Below, piece by piece: positions 39,860 through 50,216 of a stretch of 64,000 nucleotides of DNA. The position numbers and the translations under genes are program-made. The stretch comes from Candidatus Poribacteria bacterium (GTDB lineage: Bacteria; Poribacteria; WGA-4E; PCPOR2b). The notes under the pieces are model-generated. The model was given only the letters and a program-made list of their open reading frames with translations. It made no database searches and was not told where the DNA came from. Where the stretch lies: positions 672,001 through 736,000 of the forward strand of contig OZ242326.1 of NCBI GenBank assembly GCA_965208325.1, read 5' to 3'. The first letter of the stretch is position 1. Each line of letters begins with the position of its first letter.

Positions 39860-41086
39860 TCACTCTCCAATCACAACGCCGTATTGGGCGACAACTGCGC
39901 CTCTGTGAATGCCTTGATAATGCAAGTGCCGCTCACCAACGATTGACTGCGTGCTCTGGACTTCGACGGTACCGATCACATCTCCCATGGCGTTTTCGTC
40001 AACATCCCAGCAGCAGAAGGGTTTAATGGTGTTGTGTAGTTGCCTGAGTATATTTGCATGCCTGTCACGAATCACGATGTTTACCATTGCATCTGCCTCA
40101 TCAACGTTCAAGAACCGAAACCAGTCGTGCGACCCGGTGTGGATTTCGGGGAAAAAGAGGTGCCGCCCAACATGGCCTCCCTCCGCAGATGCACCCGGGA
40201 GATCGACTATACTTGTCCCGCTGTGCATATGGCGTTCCGCTGCAATGGACTCGTCGCTCCGAGCTTCAAGGGAAGATTTTATTTTGATTGCATCCATATC
40301 AGGCGTCCAGCATTCAAATGAGCCAAGAGTCTGTTCGTCCGACCATACAGGGTTACCCGTGCCATCCTCTCTTGCTATGAGCGTAACTTTTGCTTCTTCC
40401 TGCCCAACATTCACAACAATTGCCCAATCGTTCCATGCGGGCCCAACTTCAGGGAAGTAAAGTGTGGTTGGACCGTCTGAAATAACCTGCCCGAATTGCC
40501 CCACGGACGTCTGTCCACCCTGATAGTGCAGATGCCGTTCGCCAACAATGAGTTGCGTACTCTGCACTTCGACAGTTCCAACCACATTTCCCATGGCCTC
40601 CTCCGCGAGATCCCAAGTACAAAGCGGTGGTATCTGCCGATGGTGCTGTCTAATAACGTCCCCATTTCTGTTCCGAATTACCATGTTCACCAACGCTTCT
40701 GCTTCCCCAACATTCAAAAATCGGAACCAGTCCCGTGCGCCGGACACCAGTTCTGGGAAAAAAAGACGTAAACCGACAGTTTCATATTCGACCGCTGCAC
40801 CCACAAAATCCATAACATTGGAGCCGCCGTGCATATGCCGCTCTGCAACAATCGGCTGGTCAGCCGTGAGTTGCATGGAGGAATTCTCTCCAATTGCTTC
40901 AACGTTCGGTGTCCAGCATTCAAATGCATCAACCTCCTTCTCCTCGGACCAGGTAGGCTGACCGTTTGCCGGATTCCTCGCGATCGCCAATACTTTAGTG
41001 GGTTCAGTTCCGACATTGACGACCTGTACCCAATCCACCCATGCGGGCCCGAGTTCAGGAAAATAGAGTGTTGTTGCTCCTGGCAT
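39860..41086 (-). CDS. Hypothetical protein of four ~100-aa repeats (A-B-A-B)
   Basis: Each unit has L[YF]FPE...DW...NV...ERH[ML]H; AGGAG RBS; no signal peptide. Confidence 0.85.
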   Translation of the reverse strand: MPGATTLYFPELGPAWVDWVQVVNVGTEPTKVLAIARNPANGQPTWSEEKEVDAFECWTPNVEAIGENSSMQLTADQPIVAERHMHGGSNVMDFVGAAVEYETVGLRLFFPELVSGARDWFRFLNVGEAEALVNMVIRNRNGDVIRQHHRQIPPLCTWDLAEEAMGNVVGTVEVQSTQLIVGERHLHYQGGQTSVGQFGQVISDGPTTLYFPEVGPAWNDWAIVVNVGQEEAKVTLIAREDGTGNPVWSDEQTLGSFECWTPDMDAIKIKSSLEARSDESIAAERHMHSGTSIVDLPGASAEGGHVGRHLFFPEIHTGSHDWFRFLNVDEADAMVNIVIRDRHANILRQLHNTIKPFCCWDVDENAMGDVIGTVEVQSTQSIVGERHLHYQGIHRGAVVAQYGVVIGE

Positions 41087-41161
41087 CGTTACATCTCCTA
41101 AAAATTAGATACACATATTACCAATGTCTCGGCGTAGAACATAGTCAGCTAAATTTATCTC

Positions 41162-42124
41162 CTATCGAATTGCGATGGGATTGCCCGGCGACCCCGTCGC
41201 GCCCTTGAGTCTCAGCGGGGAAAAAACAAAAGCGAATTCGTACACTTTGTCTCGCACCAAGTCTTCAGTAATCAGGTTTTCAAGGTTGTAGATGCCGTTT
41301 TTGGGTAAAAACAGTTGGTGCACCGGAAACGACATGGATTTATCGGGATTAGGAACCACTTCAATTGCCCAAGTATCGGCGCCCGCCATCACAATTTTCT
41401 GATCGACCAAATATTCGCCTGCTTCCATGCCTATACCGGGTTCGGTTGTACCGTAGCGTTCGTTATCCGTCATCCAATACTTCCCCCAGCCGGTATGGAA
41501 TAGAACGAAATCGCCCGGTTTGATTTCGGTGCCTTGACGCTCTAACGCGCCTTTCAAATCCGCCAGCGTGATTTCATAGCCGCCTTCCAAATGTTCGACG
41601 CCCTTGTAGCTTGCGATATCAATCAGAACACCCCGTGTGAAGAAGACGCCAACGTTTTCTACACCGAGCTTAATCAATCCCCCGGGTTTTGCGAAGTCGT
41701 GTCGATTAAACCCGTTGTAGTAGAGATCTCCGATACCGACGTGTCCCAATCCATCGAATTGCGTGCCAACCTGACCAATCTGGCCGCTGAAGATTTCGTC
41801 GTGTGACGTGAGCTGATTCTCGCCAGATGGGTCCGTAGTGTGCGGAATCATGAGACTGTAGTGGCGTGTACCAACGAGCGGCATGCCAGCTTCGTAGACC
41901 CTTCCAAGCTGATAAATTTTCCCCTCTTTGATTAAACTAACAGCCTCCAACACCTTTGCGGGGGTTATGCGGTTTGCCGCACCGCGCTGATCGTCAGGAC
42001 CCCATTCCGATGGGTACCATTTTGATTCTTGGGTAATTGTCCAGGTTGTCGTCAAAGCCATCAATAATATCACCGTACCGGTGAGAACTACACGTTTGAT
42101 TCGCTGTGTATGCCTGCTTGTCAT
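41162..42124 (-). CDS. Exported cyclase-family (kynurenine formamidase-like) protein
   Basis: N-terminal TM/signal; WGPDDQRGAAN, GTQFDGLGH, FHTGW, GADTWAIE, NLENL, GATGSP. Confidence 0.9.
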   Translation of the reverse strand: MTSRHTQRIKRVVLTGTVILLMALTTTWTITQESKWYPSEWGPDDQRGAANRITPAKVLEAVSLIKEGKIYQLGRVYEAGMPLVGTRHYSLMIPHTTDPSGENQLTSHDEIFSGQIGQVGTQFDGLGHVGIGDLYYNGFNRHDFAKPGGLIKLGVENVGVFFTRGVLIDIASYKGVEHLEGGYEITLADLKGALERQGTEIKPGDFVLFHTGWGKYWMTDNERYGTTEPGIGMEAGEYLVDQKIVMAGADTWAIEVVPNPDKSMSFPVHQLFLPKNGIYNLENLITEDLVRDKVYEFAFVFSPLRLKGATGSPGNPIAIR

Positions 42125-42433
42125 TAATTTCTCCTTGCGATTGCCAACGTTTATGCGCTATAGCCTAACCACGTTAGAATGGATAATAACAAAAGGTGAC
42201 GACTTGAAAGCGCTGCCTTTCCCTACTTGAAACAAAGTTTAGCAGAATCAATAAGCTAATTCAAGAGAATTCATTGACACAGTACCACCTCAAGGCAGTA
42301 AATTAAAGGCTTGACGACCGCTTTTTTTCTCTGTATTATCTTCCTGTGGAAAGACCGAAGTATTGCCAGGTTAGATGGTTCGGATGCTGAAAGAATTTTC
42401 ATAGCGCCTTATGGGAAGGTAAAGAATATTTGC

Positions 42434-43213
42434 ATGCTCGTTGACTCACATGCTCACATTCAACTCGATGCGTTCGCCGCGGACCGAGAGGAGGTATTGG
42501 AAAACGCACAAGAAGATGGAGTTCACTCAATCCTCACGATTGGATTCGATGTGGAGACCAGCCGCGGCGCAATCAAACTTGCCGAACAATATGAGCAAAT
42601 CTTTGCGGCTGTCGGCATGCATCCGCACGATGCGAAAGTATTCAATGACGAAACGAGCAAAATATTTCTCAGCCTCGCCGACCACCCGAAAGTAATCGCG
42701 CTTGGTGAAATGGGGCTCGACTACTACCGAGATCGCTCGCCGCGTTCGATTCAGAAAATAGCGTTCGAGCAGCAATTAGATCTTGCAGAAGATAAAAACC
42801 TACCCGTCGTCATTCACAATCGAGAAGCCTACCACGACATCATCCCAATTTTGCAAGCGAGGCGCGGGCGTATCCGCGGCGTGATGCACTGCTTTTCCGG
42901 AGTAGTCGAAACCATGCGGCAGAGTCTTGATCTCGAATTTTACATCGGACTCGGGGGACCCGTGACGTATCGAAAATCTCATGAGTTGCAGGAGGTAGCA
43001 CGCGAGGTACCAGCTGACCGCCTTCTTGTGGAAACGGACTGTCCGTGGCTTGCGCCCCAATTTCGGCGCGGCAAACGCAATGAACCAGCCTATGTCCGAG
43101 CGATAGCAGCAAGGATTGCCGAACTTCGCGGCGTAACGTTGGAAGACATTGGGGCAACAACGACACGCAACTTTGAGACTCTGTTTGGTAGAAGCGTACA
43201 GGCCGGCACATGA
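42434..43213 (+). CDS. tatD: TatD family nuclease
   Basis: LVDSHAH, GMHPH, GEMGLDYY, IHNRE, VMHCFSG, ETDCPWLAP. Confidence 0.95.
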   Translation: MLVDSHAHIQLDAFAADREEVLENAQEDGVHSILTIGFDVETSRGAIKLAEQYEQIFAAVGMHPHDAKVFNDETSKIFLSLADHPKVIALGEMGLDYYRDRSPRSIQKIAFEQQLDLAEDKNLPVVIHNREAYHDIIPILQARRGRIRGVMHCFSGVVETMRQSLDLEFYIGLGGPVTYRKSHELQEVAREVPADRLLVETDCPWLAPQFRRGKRNEPAYVRAIAARIAELRGVTLEDIGATTTRNFETLFGRSVQAGT

Positions 43214-44334
43214 TGAACAGGCTCAATTTTCGCACCTACGCAATGGTAATTGCACTCACCTGTATTTGGGCGATTTTCACCGCATTAACCGACGGTACAT
43301 TCCTCACGAACCGAAACCTTTCGAACCTTTCCCGGCAGGCGTCGGTGACTGCTATTTTAGCTGTCGGAATGGTGTTCATCATTGTTTCAGCAAATATCGA
43401 TCTCTCAGTCGGCTATGGCTCCGGACTGCTTGGGGCAATTGCCGTAATCATACATGTCTGGTGGGAACAAAACCCGATAGTTGCAATCCTTGCAACTATC
43501 GCACTAGGGATACTGATTGGCGCAGTGCAGGGATATTTCGTAGCGTATCAGCGTGTGCCCGCTTTTATTGTCACACTTGGGGGTTTTATGGTCTGCCGCG
43601 GCCTGATGTTGGCAGCCACAAGAGGCGAAACTATCCTACTCCCAAACAATTGGTTCAAAGCGATAGGAAATGCCTACCTGCCAAAATCAATCGGTTGGGG
43701 GTTAGCAATTACCGCGCTGATTTCGGGCGCATATGCCTTCTATCGCCAGCGGAAAGCCCGTGTAAGTTACGGGTTGGCGGTGCCTTCGACCACAATTTTT
43801 GTTGTGAAAATTGTCGGAACATCGACGACAATTATCGGATTTGCCGCCGTCATGAACAGCCATGAAGGAATCGCGGTGCCGGTTTGCATTTTGTTCATGT
43901 TAGTCTTCTTCTTTCACTTCATTGCAGACCACACTCGTTTTGGGCGGTATGTTTACGCTATTGGCGGCAATTCGGAAGCCGCTTATCTCTCCGGGATCAA
44001 CGTCCGAAACGTCACGCTGCGCGTCTTTGCAATCATGGGTGCACTCATGGCGGTCGCCGGGGTTGTGCTTGCTGCGCGTGTCGGCAGCGCAAGCCCCGAA
44101 GCAGGTCGGTTACTTGAGTTAGATGCTATCGCAGCTTGTGTTATCGGCGGCGCAAGTTTAATGGGCGGGCGCGGCAGCATTCCGGGCGCGGTATTAGGAG
44201 CGCTCGTAATGGAAAGCCTTAATAACGGCATGAGCATGGCAAACATGGATGCCTCATGGCAAGATATAATTAAGGGGGTCGTATTAGTAGCAGCTGTTTG
44301 GTTTGACATTATGTCACGGCGGCGCGGCAGGTGA
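43210..44334 (+). CDS. Monosaccharide ABC transporter permease (XylH-like)
   Basis: NIDLSVG, VPAFIVTLGG, TRFGRYVYAIGGN.EAA.LSGI, ELDAIAACVIGG. Confidence 0.93.
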   Translation: MMNRLNFRTYAMVIALTCIWAIFTALTDGTFLTNRNLSNLSRQASVTAILAVGMVFIIVSANIDLSVGYGSGLLGAIAVIIHVWWEQNPIVAILATIALGILIGAVQGYFVAYQRVPAFIVTLGGFMVCRGLMLAATRGETILLPNNWFKAIGNAYLPKSIGWGLAITALISGAYAFYRQRKARVSYGLAVPSTTIFVVKIVGTSTTIIGFAAVMNSHEGIAVPVCILFMLVFFFHFIADHTRFGRYVYAIGGNSEAAYLSGINVRNVTLRVFAIMGALMAVAGVVLAARVGSASPEAGRLLELDAIAACVIGGASLMGGRGSIPGAVLGALVMESLNNGMSMANMDASWQDIIKGVVLVAAVWFDIMSRRRGR

Positions 44335-44380
44335 GGACACAAAAATTAACTCTTACAGAAACTGAAAATTGGAGGAGGTT

Positions 44381-44722
44381 ATGACGGTGAATTGGATGTA
44401 CTTTAGAAATAGCTGAACATCTTGCCGTAAAGCGCAAGAGTTTCTTGACGCAAATGATTTTCAAGTAGATAGCCGAACCGATGCGCGTAAGGTGAAGCTG
44501 AATCCAACGGAAGTTTGGGAGCGTATCAAAACTGCCCAATCCATCCACGTTGCACGGGGCAAGGAGGTCAATGTTTTCAATCCGGATGTCGGCTTGCGAG
44601 ATGACATTCTCAAAGCGGTAATGGGACGAAGTGGAAATTTGCGTGCACCCACACTGCAAATCGGGGAGTCGTTTTTCGTTGGATTTAATGCGAAACTGTA
44701 CGATGCTATACTAATGTTATGA
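44381..44722 (+). CDS. ArsC-like selenoprotein (in-frame TGA read as Sec, UxxC)
   Basis: GGAGG RBS; MTVNWMYFRNS-TGA(44414-44416)-TSCRKAQEFL... in frame with the 44492-44722 ORF ending GNLRAPTLQIGESFFVGFN; hairpin directly after the TGA. Confidence 0.88.
44414..44444 (+). promoter_or_regulatory. Putative bacterial SECIS element
   Basis: TGAAC-A-TCTTGCC-GTAAA-G-C-GCAAGA-GTTT: TCTTGC/GCAAGA stem, apical loop starting with G. Confidence 0.7.
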
Positions 44723-44802
44723 ACGCTGTGTGATACAGTCACACTGGCAAAGCTACCGGCAAAACCCTATTCACTGAACGAGTGTATGAGAAGTTTAACA
44801 GA

Positions 44803-47658
44803 TTATCGCCGTTTCCAAATCTCCACATTTCCAAGCTGAATATCTTTGATATAATGTATTTGAAGATAAGCAGCGACTAATGGAAGCACGGCGGAAATCC
44901 GCTCTCTGTATATCACTATTTTTGGCTTCGACGCCTCCAAGTCCGCAATCACCTCTTTCTGCAGCGGCTCCGGTTTAGCATAGGCGATTTGAGGGAACCT
45001 TGTTGGATTAGGTCTGTTCGCAAGGAAATAATTCATGCCTTGGTTAGCAAAATCGAAGATTGGGTCAGAAGACTCGGTGTTTTCTTGGATATAATTGACC
45101 ACCTGTTCAATCTGCGCCGCCTCGTTCACTGGTGTCAAAACCCGCCCTGCCCGCTTTAAGCGTACCTCGGCATATCCCCCTGGGATTCTTCCGTAATTCG
45201 TAAAATTAACTAGCATCGTTTCAGCCTGCTTCAACGGTTTGGCTGCGAATACCCCGTACAGATCTGTCCTGATATACCAAAGCAAGCCCACCACAAACAT
45301 CATAGAACAAATTAACAGCGGTAGATTAATTCGGGACATTTGCACGCTGCGGACCGTAGGCGGCGACGCATCACGACATTCACCATGCTCTACCGTCATT
45401 TTAGCATCGTTGGTTGTATCGGCTCTTGTCAGTTCTTCACTCGTTTTTACCTGGTGTGTATTCTCCGAAGATCCACGCAACCTAAACGCCAGCCACATTC
45501 CTTCAAAGAAAAAGAAGCAGATTAACCAGATAAAAGAAGAGCTAAATAATACATGGTGCCAGTCTGAACGACCTAAAGCTGTTCTGAAATAAATGATACC
45601 CGCCAACAGAATTATAAGCAACTTCCAATCCTCCACTTTCCATTGATTTGCAACTGCGCGAAACATCAGAAAGGTTAAAGTCATCAAGTAAACGAGGATG
45701 GGGAAATACCACATAAATGTCTTGCTTAAAATAAAGTCCGATAATGTGACGAGAGAGGTAATCTTTGATAGTTCTGCCAACAGCGGGATAAAGGGCGTTC
45801 CCCAAATTTCCGTGTGATACGTGAATTGAATCCATGAGCTTTTAACCGCATCATCTATCGCACCGTGGACGCCAAAAAAGATAATGAACGGGGCAAATCC
45901 TATTATGACCCCTAACTTATACGTTAGAAGCGGCGACAAACACTTGCCCAATGCACCATCCCTCACCTGCTGTACTTTGTCTTTTGAAGAACTAGGATTC
46001 GCCGCGGCTCCACCATTATTGACCGATCTGCAGAAAATGGAGGCGAAACCGAATACAAATAGGAACACGCTAGAGGCTGCCCAAGTATACAAACCGGTGT
46101 CAAGACTATAGAACACTGCCAATGTTGTACAAACTCCTGCCGCTGCGAGAATCGATTTTCCATGTCCGGGACTTCTTTGAGTCCATTTGCATAGCAGCAT
46201 CAGAGTGAGAAACCCCAGAATATGCCGATCTGTCACCGGAAGGTACGCTCGCGGTGCTGCCAATCCAAACGTCAGCAAAATTAAAGCCAAAGAAACAAAG
46301 AGAGCCGTAGCTCTTCTTCGAAAACACTGCAACGCGAGAAGATAAAAACAGACATATCCCAGTGGATACACAATATGGTGCAGTTTTCTATCCGCCTCTA
46401 GCGTTTCTCCAAAGAGTTTCATGGCGAGCCAGGGTTTGTATGCGTTTTGAACAAGCCCGTGCTGTAGGTAGACATCTCGATAAGGAATGCCCCCTCGCAG
46501 CAGTTCGTTTACTACTGCCGCACGTTCGCCTTCGTGATAAAGGTCAATACCGCCCATGGCGTTCGCACCGGTATAAGCATGGCTCAGACTGGCATTGCTA
46601 TTATACATAAAGGCGTAAATGAGAGCGGACATCATGATAATGTTCAGAATAGACACTCTCCGTTGCAAAGCCATGTGGTAAGGCCGGCTGGCGGGGATTT
46701 GCTGCTTAACAATTCTTCGGGATGAACGGAGGTTTAGCAGGGTAGAAATTTTCAAAGCGGCAATTGCTATGACAGTGACAATTGCCAAGATTGCCGCTGC
46801 ATGCTTCACCCTGAAAAACACCGTGAGAAACAACAGCAGGATGGACGGAAAATAAGTGACAGAATCATTTCGGAGTATATCAGCGAAACTATAAGGTGTT
46901 AATGTTCTCAGCAGTATCGAATATCCAACCCAGAATCCCCAGGTTCCCAGCACAATAACAAAGAGCATTTGCCAACACGCTATTGCTGCGACCTCTTTCG
47001 GACTTCCAATAATCAGAAGAAAAACGGTCAGGCAAACCCCGCAGGCAATCGGTATTCCATGGAATGGCATTGTCTCCCTAGCCCAAAGAATTTCTCCAAT
47101 TTTTGGCTCTCCTTCCAAACGCGTCTCGCCCTCGCGCGTTTCCAGTTTTTCACGCCGACGCCTTTTCGAGACCATCAGGTGGAATGAAAAAAACAACACT
47201 TGGGCAATTATGAACAGGCTCGCCGGCGTCCCGAATTCTCCAGCAAATTTGCCAGGAAGGTGTACTCGCTCCAACACTAACAAGAAAAGTAGATACGTGA
47301 GCGCATTTTCCCGCAAGATGCGCTCATTGGCGTTGTTAGTCAATTTAGCGCAAACCGCCGAGAACGTCACCCATAATCCGCAACTCATCAGGACATAAAC
47401 CGGCACGAACGCGAGTGCGGCTAAATAATTTACAATCTCCTGACGCTCGGCTACAGTACGTTTGGCAAGTTGATCTGACCCAAATTCAGTAAAAAAATGG
47501 AGGTGTTCCTTGACATTAAAACCCAATGCCAAAGCGAAAATAAAGCTGCTTCCGGAAACTATCACCGCAAAGGCTTGGTTTCTATGTTGCCGCGCGAGGT
47601 TGAAGGTGTCGCGAATAGCGTTACGCATAGCAAGATGCTCCAATCGAAGAAAGTCCAA
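44803..47658 (-). CDS. Large polytopic membrane protein, possibly a GT-C fold glycosyltransferase
   Basis: Many TM helices; DLYHEGE...GGIPYRDVYLQHG, ALGRSDWHH, C-terminal YIQENT...IFDF...YFLANRPNPTRF domain. Confidence 0.7.
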   Translation of the reverse strand: MDFLRLEHLAMRNAIRDTFNLARQHRNQAFAVIVSGSSFIFALALGFNVKEHLHFFTEFGSDQLAKRTVAERQEIVNYLAALAFVPVYVLMSCGLWVTFSAVCAKLTNNANERILRENALTYLLFLLVLERVHLPGKFAGEFGTPASLFIIAQVLFFSFHLMVSKRRRREKLETREGETRLEGEPKIGEILWARETMPFHGIPIACGVCLTVFLLIIGSPKEVAAIACWQMLFVIVLGTWGFWVGYSILLRTLTPYSFADILRNDSVTYFPSILLLFLTVFFRVKHAAAILAIVTVIAIAALKISTLLNLRSSRRIVKQQIPASRPYHMALQRRVSILNIIMMSALIYAFMYNSNASLSHAYTGANAMGGIDLYHEGERAAVVNELLRGGIPYRDVYLQHGLVQNAYKPWLAMKLFGETLEADRKLHHIVYPLGYVCFYLLALQCFRRRATALFVSLALILLTFGLAAPRAYLPVTDRHILGFLTLMLLCKWTQRSPGHGKSILAAAGVCTTLAVFYSLDTGLYTWAASSVFLFVFGFASIFCRSVNNGGAAANPSSSKDKVQQVRDGALGKCLSPLLTYKLGVIIGFAPFIIFFGVHGAIDDAVKSSWIQFTYHTEIWGTPFIPLLAELSKITSLVTLSDFILSKTFMWYFPILVYLMTLTFLMFRAVANQWKVEDWKLLIILLAGIIYFRTALGRSDWHHVLFSSSFIWLICFFFFEGMWLAFRLRGSSENTHQVKTSEELTRADTTNDAKMTVEHGECRDASPPTVRSVQMSRINLPLLICSMMFVVGLLWYIRTDLYGVFAAKPLKQAETMLVNFTNYGRIPGGYAEVRLKRAGRVLTPVNEAAQIEQVVNYIQENTESSDPIFDFANQGMNYFLANRPNPTRFPQIAYAKPEPLQKEVIADLEASKPKIVIYRERISAVLPLVAAYLQIHYIKDIQLGNVEIWKRR

Positions 47659-47844
47659 GCTCGTCTTGATGGACGCTCACATAATATCTGAAGGTAGAGT
47701 CATGCCTCCTGACGGTTCAGAAAGGACTATCTTGGATTCAATTGTTGAGTCAAAGGGAATGGGACGCGGAGGCAGTGCTTTTTAATGTCGATGGCACCCG
47801 CACAAAGGCGGGGTGAATGCTGGGTGCCAAATTCTACTAACCGC

Positions 47845-48807
47845 TTAGGTAATCAATGAAATATTGCCGTATGCGGACGACTGCATTACGCGGTGATGGG
47901 CGTCGGCGGCTTCGGCAAGCGGAATTTCTTTGCCAACACTCGGACGGAGTGTACCGTTACTCAAGCCGGCAACCAGATAAGCGTGAATGCTGGCAAATTC
48001 ACATTCCGATGCATTTCTCAACGACATCCCTACGATACTCGCATCGCGGCTCATCGTGTCACGGGCGTTGATTTCCACAGCACCTCGGCTGCCGATTACG
48101 ACAACTCGTCCGCCCATCGCAAGAGCAGGTAAATCGTTGCCAAGGTTGACGTTTGCGAGCATTTCGAGGATTACGTCGACACCTTTCCCATCGGTAAATT
48201 CAATGGCTTGGTCGAGATGATTTGGCGCGTGGTGATCCAATACATAATTCGCACCGTGTTCGGCAACCAAAGACCGCCCGGCTTCTGAACCTACGGTGCC
48301 AATGACTGTCATTCCGCCAGCACGGGCTAACTCGACCGCCGCAAGACCGACACCGCCGCTTGCACCATGGACTAAAACAACTTCTCCCGGTATTACCCGT
48401 GCACGTTGAAACAGAGCGCGATACGCTGTTCCGTAGGGCACGCCCACGCTCGCACCTTGAGCAAACGTCACAGAATCGGGGAGCGGATGAACGTCGCCAG
48501 AATGGCATACGGTTCGTTCTGCATAACCACCGGTAACCGTGCCCGCACAGTACACGCGATCTCCCACCGACACATTTGCCACGCCATCCCCAACTGACTC
48601 AACGATACCAGCGGCGTCAATTCCGGGTGTGTAAGGGAGGTCGGCTGTATAACCGTGAAGCCCGGACCGAATGTATGTATCTACGGGATTGACGCCGGCG
48701 GCATATACCTGTATTACGACCTCTTCAGCACCGGGATGCGGGTCTGGTATGTCTTCTAAGATCATTACTTCCGGTGAGCCGTGCTCGTGTACTCTAATTG
48801 ACTTCAT
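47845..48807 (-). CDS. NADPH:quinone reductase (zeta-crystallin-like MDR)
   Basis: AAGVNPVDTYIRSG, PYTPGIDAAG, LVHGASGGVGLAA. Confidence 0.93.
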   Translation of the reverse strand: MKSIRVHEHGSPEVMILEDIPDPHPGAEEVVIQVYAAGVNPVDTYIRSGLHGYTADLPYTPGIDAAGIVESVGDGVANVSVGDRVYCAGTVTGGYAERTVCHSGDVHPLPDSVTFAQGASVGVPYGTAYRALFQRARVIPGEVVLVHGASGGVGLAAVELARAGGMTVIGTVGSEAGRSLVAEHGANYVLDHHAPNHLDQAIEFTDGKGVDVILEMLANVNLGNDLPALAMGGRVVVIGSRGAVEINARDTMSRDASIVGMSLRNASECEFASIHAYLVAGLSNGTLRPSVGKEIPLAEAADAHHRVMQSSAYGNISLIT

Positions 48808-48857
48808 AATTCCTTCCTCCTATCCTTTGGGCGGTTAAACATTCCGATAATTATAGT

Positions 48858-50189
48858 TCATTCACCGTCTTTTGCGTTCGAGGACCGGTAACTAATTCGC
48901 AAGGGTGTCCCGTTAAAGCCGAATGCCTTGCGAATACCATTAATCAAATACGCTTCGTAGTGGTCAGGGATTTTGTTGGAATGTCGAGCAAAAATTAGAA
49001 ATGTCGGCGGTCTCGTTTTTATCTGCGTAATGTATTTCAATGCGGGCCGTATTTTTCCAGCCCGCGGTGGTTGGTGTTCATTCTTTAATCTCATCAACAG
49101 GTCGTTTAACTCATGTGTTGGCACCTCTGTGCAATACTCGTAATTTATGTCTAGACTGAGATTGAGTAGATTCGTTACGCGTTGACCTGTAATTGCGGAA
49201 ACAAAAAGTAACGGCACGTAGGAGAGTTGGGATAGTTGTGAGTAAATAGACTCGACAAATTCGTTGTGGGTCGAATTGTCTTTCTCGATTAAATCCCATT
49301 TGTTGATAACCAAAATACACGCCTTTCCCTGTCGGGCGATGTAACTAGCGATTGTCTTATCTTGACGTGCAATTTTACGGCTGGCGTCCACAACCAACCA
49401 CGAGATGTCACTCTGGCGGATACTGCGAATTGCTCGTTGAACGGTCGATTGCTCCAAATCGTCGCCAATAGTAGATTTCCGCCGCATCCCGGCTGTGTCA
49501 ATCAGTTCAAAGGCGACATGGTTGTGCACAAAACTGATGTTGACCGCGTCATGTGTTGTCCCGGGACGTTCATCAACAATCATCCGCTCTTCCCCTAGAA
49601 TTCTGTTAATTAGCGAGGATTTACCCACATTAGGGCGGCCTACGATGGCAACTTTTATAGCCTTTGAAGCGACGGTTGCATCTACGTCAGTCTTCGGAAG
49701 CGCAAATATTACTCTATCAAGGAGGTGACTGAGACCGTCATTTTGCGTACATGAAACAAAAAAATGGTTGTCGAATCCCAGCTCGTAAAACTCTACCGCA
49801 TTGGCTCTGAGTCGTTCATTATCCACTTTATTCACAACAACGAAAATCGGTTTCTCCATTTGCCTGAGCGCGTTCGCAATATCCATGTCCTGCGGCATCA
49901 TCCCGGTCATTGCATCAACCACAAACAGAACGATTTCCGCTTCATTTATAGCGGCTTCTACCTGCACCTTAACTCTATCAATTAACGAATCTTCGGGAGC
50001 AAGCTCCATCCCACCGGTATCTGCGATCGTGAAACATTTATCCATCCAATCGACATCCGCATAGAGTCGATCTCTCGTCACACCCGGCCGATCATGAATA
50101 ACAGCAATGTGTTTTTTGGCAATCCGATTAAAAAGCGACGATTTCCCAACGTTCGGCCTGCCGACGATTGCAACAATGGGTTTTGGCAT
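48858..50189 (-). CDS. der: Ribosome biogenesis GTPase Der (EngA)
   Basis: Two GRPNVGKSSL G-domains, DTGG/DTAG, NKVD/NKWD, KH-like C-terminus. Confidence 0.98.
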   Translation of the reverse strand: MPKPIVAIVGRPNVGKSSLFNRIAKKHIAVIHDRPGVTRDRLYADVDWMDKCFTIADTGGMELAPEDSLIDRVKVQVEAAINEAEIVLFVVDAMTGMMPQDMDIANALRQMEKPIFVVVNKVDNERLRANAVEFYELGFDNHFFVSCTQNDGLSHLLDRVIFALPKTDVDATVASKAIKVAIVGRPNVGKSSLINRILGEERMIVDERPGTTHDAVNISFVHNHVAFELIDTAGMRRKSTIGDDLEQSTVQRAIRSIRQSDISWLVVDASRKIARQDKTIASYIARQGKACILVINKWDLIEKDNSTHNEFVESIYSQLSQLSYVPLLFVSAITGQRVTNLLNLSLDINYEYCTEVPTHELNDLLMRLKNEHQPPRAGKIRPALKYITQIKTRPPTFLIFARHSNKIPDHYEAYLINGIRKAFGFNGTPLRISYRSSNAKDGE

Positions 50190-50216
50190 GATTACCGTAC
50201 CTTTTTGGAAGCTAGC

